A stretch of 63,858 bases of DNA, counting the filler, from Welwitschia mirabilis (lineage: Eukaryota): the NCBI GenBank assembly GCA_051453625.1. It is 5 parts of one record of this genome, joined end to end, with 100 filler letters (N's around TTAATTAATTAA, not from the genome) between each part and the next. Parts side by side here need not be neighbours in the genome. Positions count along the whole stretch, not along the records: positions 61,988 to 63,858 come from JBOZIK010000001.1; 4 more parts are not named here. One strand, 5' to 3'. The position numbers and the translations under genes are program-made. A model generated the notes under the pieces. That model was given only the letters and a program-made list of their open reading frames with translations, made no database searches and had not been told where the DNA came from. Shown here one piece after another: positions 61,988 through 63,858 of the stretch. The first letter of the stretch is position 1. Every line of letters begins with the position of its first letter.

Positions 61988-63858
61988 CCTCCCCTTCCCC
62001 AATCTCTCCCTTGCCCACCCCCTTCATTGTTAACGGTCTAATCCACTCACTATTGTATATAACACATATGACATTCATAAGTTTAATGATTGGGTTTGGG
62101 ATAAAGTTTTACTAAGATAAGATATGACTTTAAAACCATTTTCATGCTTTTAGCCAAGAACCCCTCCTACAGTAATATTTCTTGCATCACACATAAGTTC
62201 AAAGTCTTTACTTCAATCAAGACCTTTAATAATAGGTTTAGAAGAAATGTTTTCTTTAAGCATTTCAAATGCAAGTTGGCAAGAATCATTCTAATTAAAT
62301 TTAACATCTTTTTCAAGTAAAGAGTAGAGAGGTTTACAAATTCTAGCATAATCATGAATGAATCATTAATAAAAATCAGCATGACTAAGAAAATATATAA
62401 CTTATTTGATATTAGTTGAAGGGCTAACCTTTTTAATGATATCAACTTTGTGGGTTTATCATAATCCCTTCTTCTGAAATATGATGACCTAAAATAATTG
62501 CATATTGGACAAATAAAAAACTCTTTTTTCAACTCAAATGTAAGCCACTCTTAATACATTGATCTAGGACTTTATCTAATCTCACTATAGTTTGTTTAAA
62601 AGTCATCCAAAAAAATTTTAATAGAATCTTCTATCATAGTAGAAAAGATCCTCATCATGGCTCATTGAAAGGTTCCATGGGCATTTCAAATTCTAAAGGC
62701 ATTCATTCAAAAATAGAGGTTCTAAAAGATGAGGTAAAAGTGTCTTTAACTTGGTCTTTACTTGCTATACAAATTTGATTATAGCCATCATACCCACCAA
62801 GGAAATAATAGTAGGCATGACCTTGGATTATATCAAGTACTTATCAAGAAAGAGTAAAGTACAATGATCTTTTTTAATGATCTCATTAAGTTTTCTAAAA
62901 TTAATGCACATTATTTATTCCCTCCCTCCCCTATTTCTTTAAAACCATAGTTAAAGGACTAACCCACTCAGTATTGTATATGACACATACAACATCCATA
63001 AGTTTAATGATTTCATTTTTAACTATCCTTTTAAGGGTCAGATTGAGTCTACTTTATGTTGCCTTATAGGTTTAGCATTATATTCAAGGTAAATTTTATG
63101 CTAAACTATGGAAAGAGAAATGGTAGCTAAGTCTTTATATGTTAAAGCAAAGGCATTTTCTTTTGAAATTAAGAGTGAGATCAAATTGGATTCTTGTTGA
63201 TAAGTGAGAAGGTCACTAATTATCAAATGTTTCATTTAATTTTCAAAAAGAAAAATATATTTTAATTTTTGGGATAATTTTTTAAGTTTAAGAGTGGTAG
63301 TTTAGGCTATAATCCCATTTATTTGTGGGAACGACAAGCATGGGATACATGCCTCAAAACATTTTCTATCAAATAAGGATGTTGAGTTTCTTCTCATTCT
63401 ATGTGTTCTTCATCCTCAGAATCAAGACAATTTGTTTCAATGTCATCATATAAATTTGATTCTTGTAGCATGTCTAAACTTTCTTTAATTAGTCAATGTT
63501 ATAAAAATAAGATTGGTTTCAGTTCATCTTCAAAGTTGAACTAAGTTCCTGTGTCTTTTTTAGTAGCATTAAAAACTCTAATGGTAATTTGTTTCTTGTC
63601 AAAATGGTATCTCATCATGCTAGATCATGTTTTGATGATGCAATAGACAATTACATAAAAGGCTCTTTCTAAAAGTAGTGGATATCCTCGATCATATTCT
63701 ATCTCAATTATGACAACGTCAATTGGGTAAAAAGCTTCCTAAATTTAGATAAATAGTTCTTTGATAATTCCTAATGATTTCTTAATTGAGGTATTAGCTA
63801 ATTCCAAGATGATTGATGTAGGTTCAACTCTATTTTCTAATCCAAGTCTTTTACATAT
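61988..63858 (-). pseudogene. Gypsy protease and RT remnant
   Basis: Minus strand: EPTSIILELANTSIK (protease), CINFRKLNEIIKKDHC and NAHGTFQ (RT). Collinear with 44.7-45.6 kb. Confidence 0.88.

Overview
Very AT-rich, CpG-depleted plant nuclear DNA from a gappy assembly. Four artificial N44-TTAATTAATTAA-N44 linkers split the window into five joined pieces, so nothing can be assumed contiguous across them. I find no intact protein-coding or RNA gene. Most of the window is old, decayed LTR retrotransposon sequence: about eight pieces of an Athila-like Ty3/gypsy family (one complete 8.1 kb non-autonomous copy with an ATACT target-site duplication), the 3' half of a Sirevirus-type Ty1/copia with an extra ORF, and a 2.8 kb gag-only copia-type element nested in a gypsy gag-pol. 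The most interesting locus is a transposase-less CACTA element (19185 to about 26.7-27.5 kb). It carries captured host-gene pieces: exon 1 of Y14/RBM8A, a short LRR fragment, and an intron-containing, 3'-truncated nucleobase-ascorbate transporter (NAT) gene. A second candidate novelty is a GC-rich ~60-nt motif in six gypsy 3' untranslated regions that can fold into a three-way RNA junction. All protein identifications come from manual translation and recalled family motifs, not database searches. Most internal boundaries are approximate.
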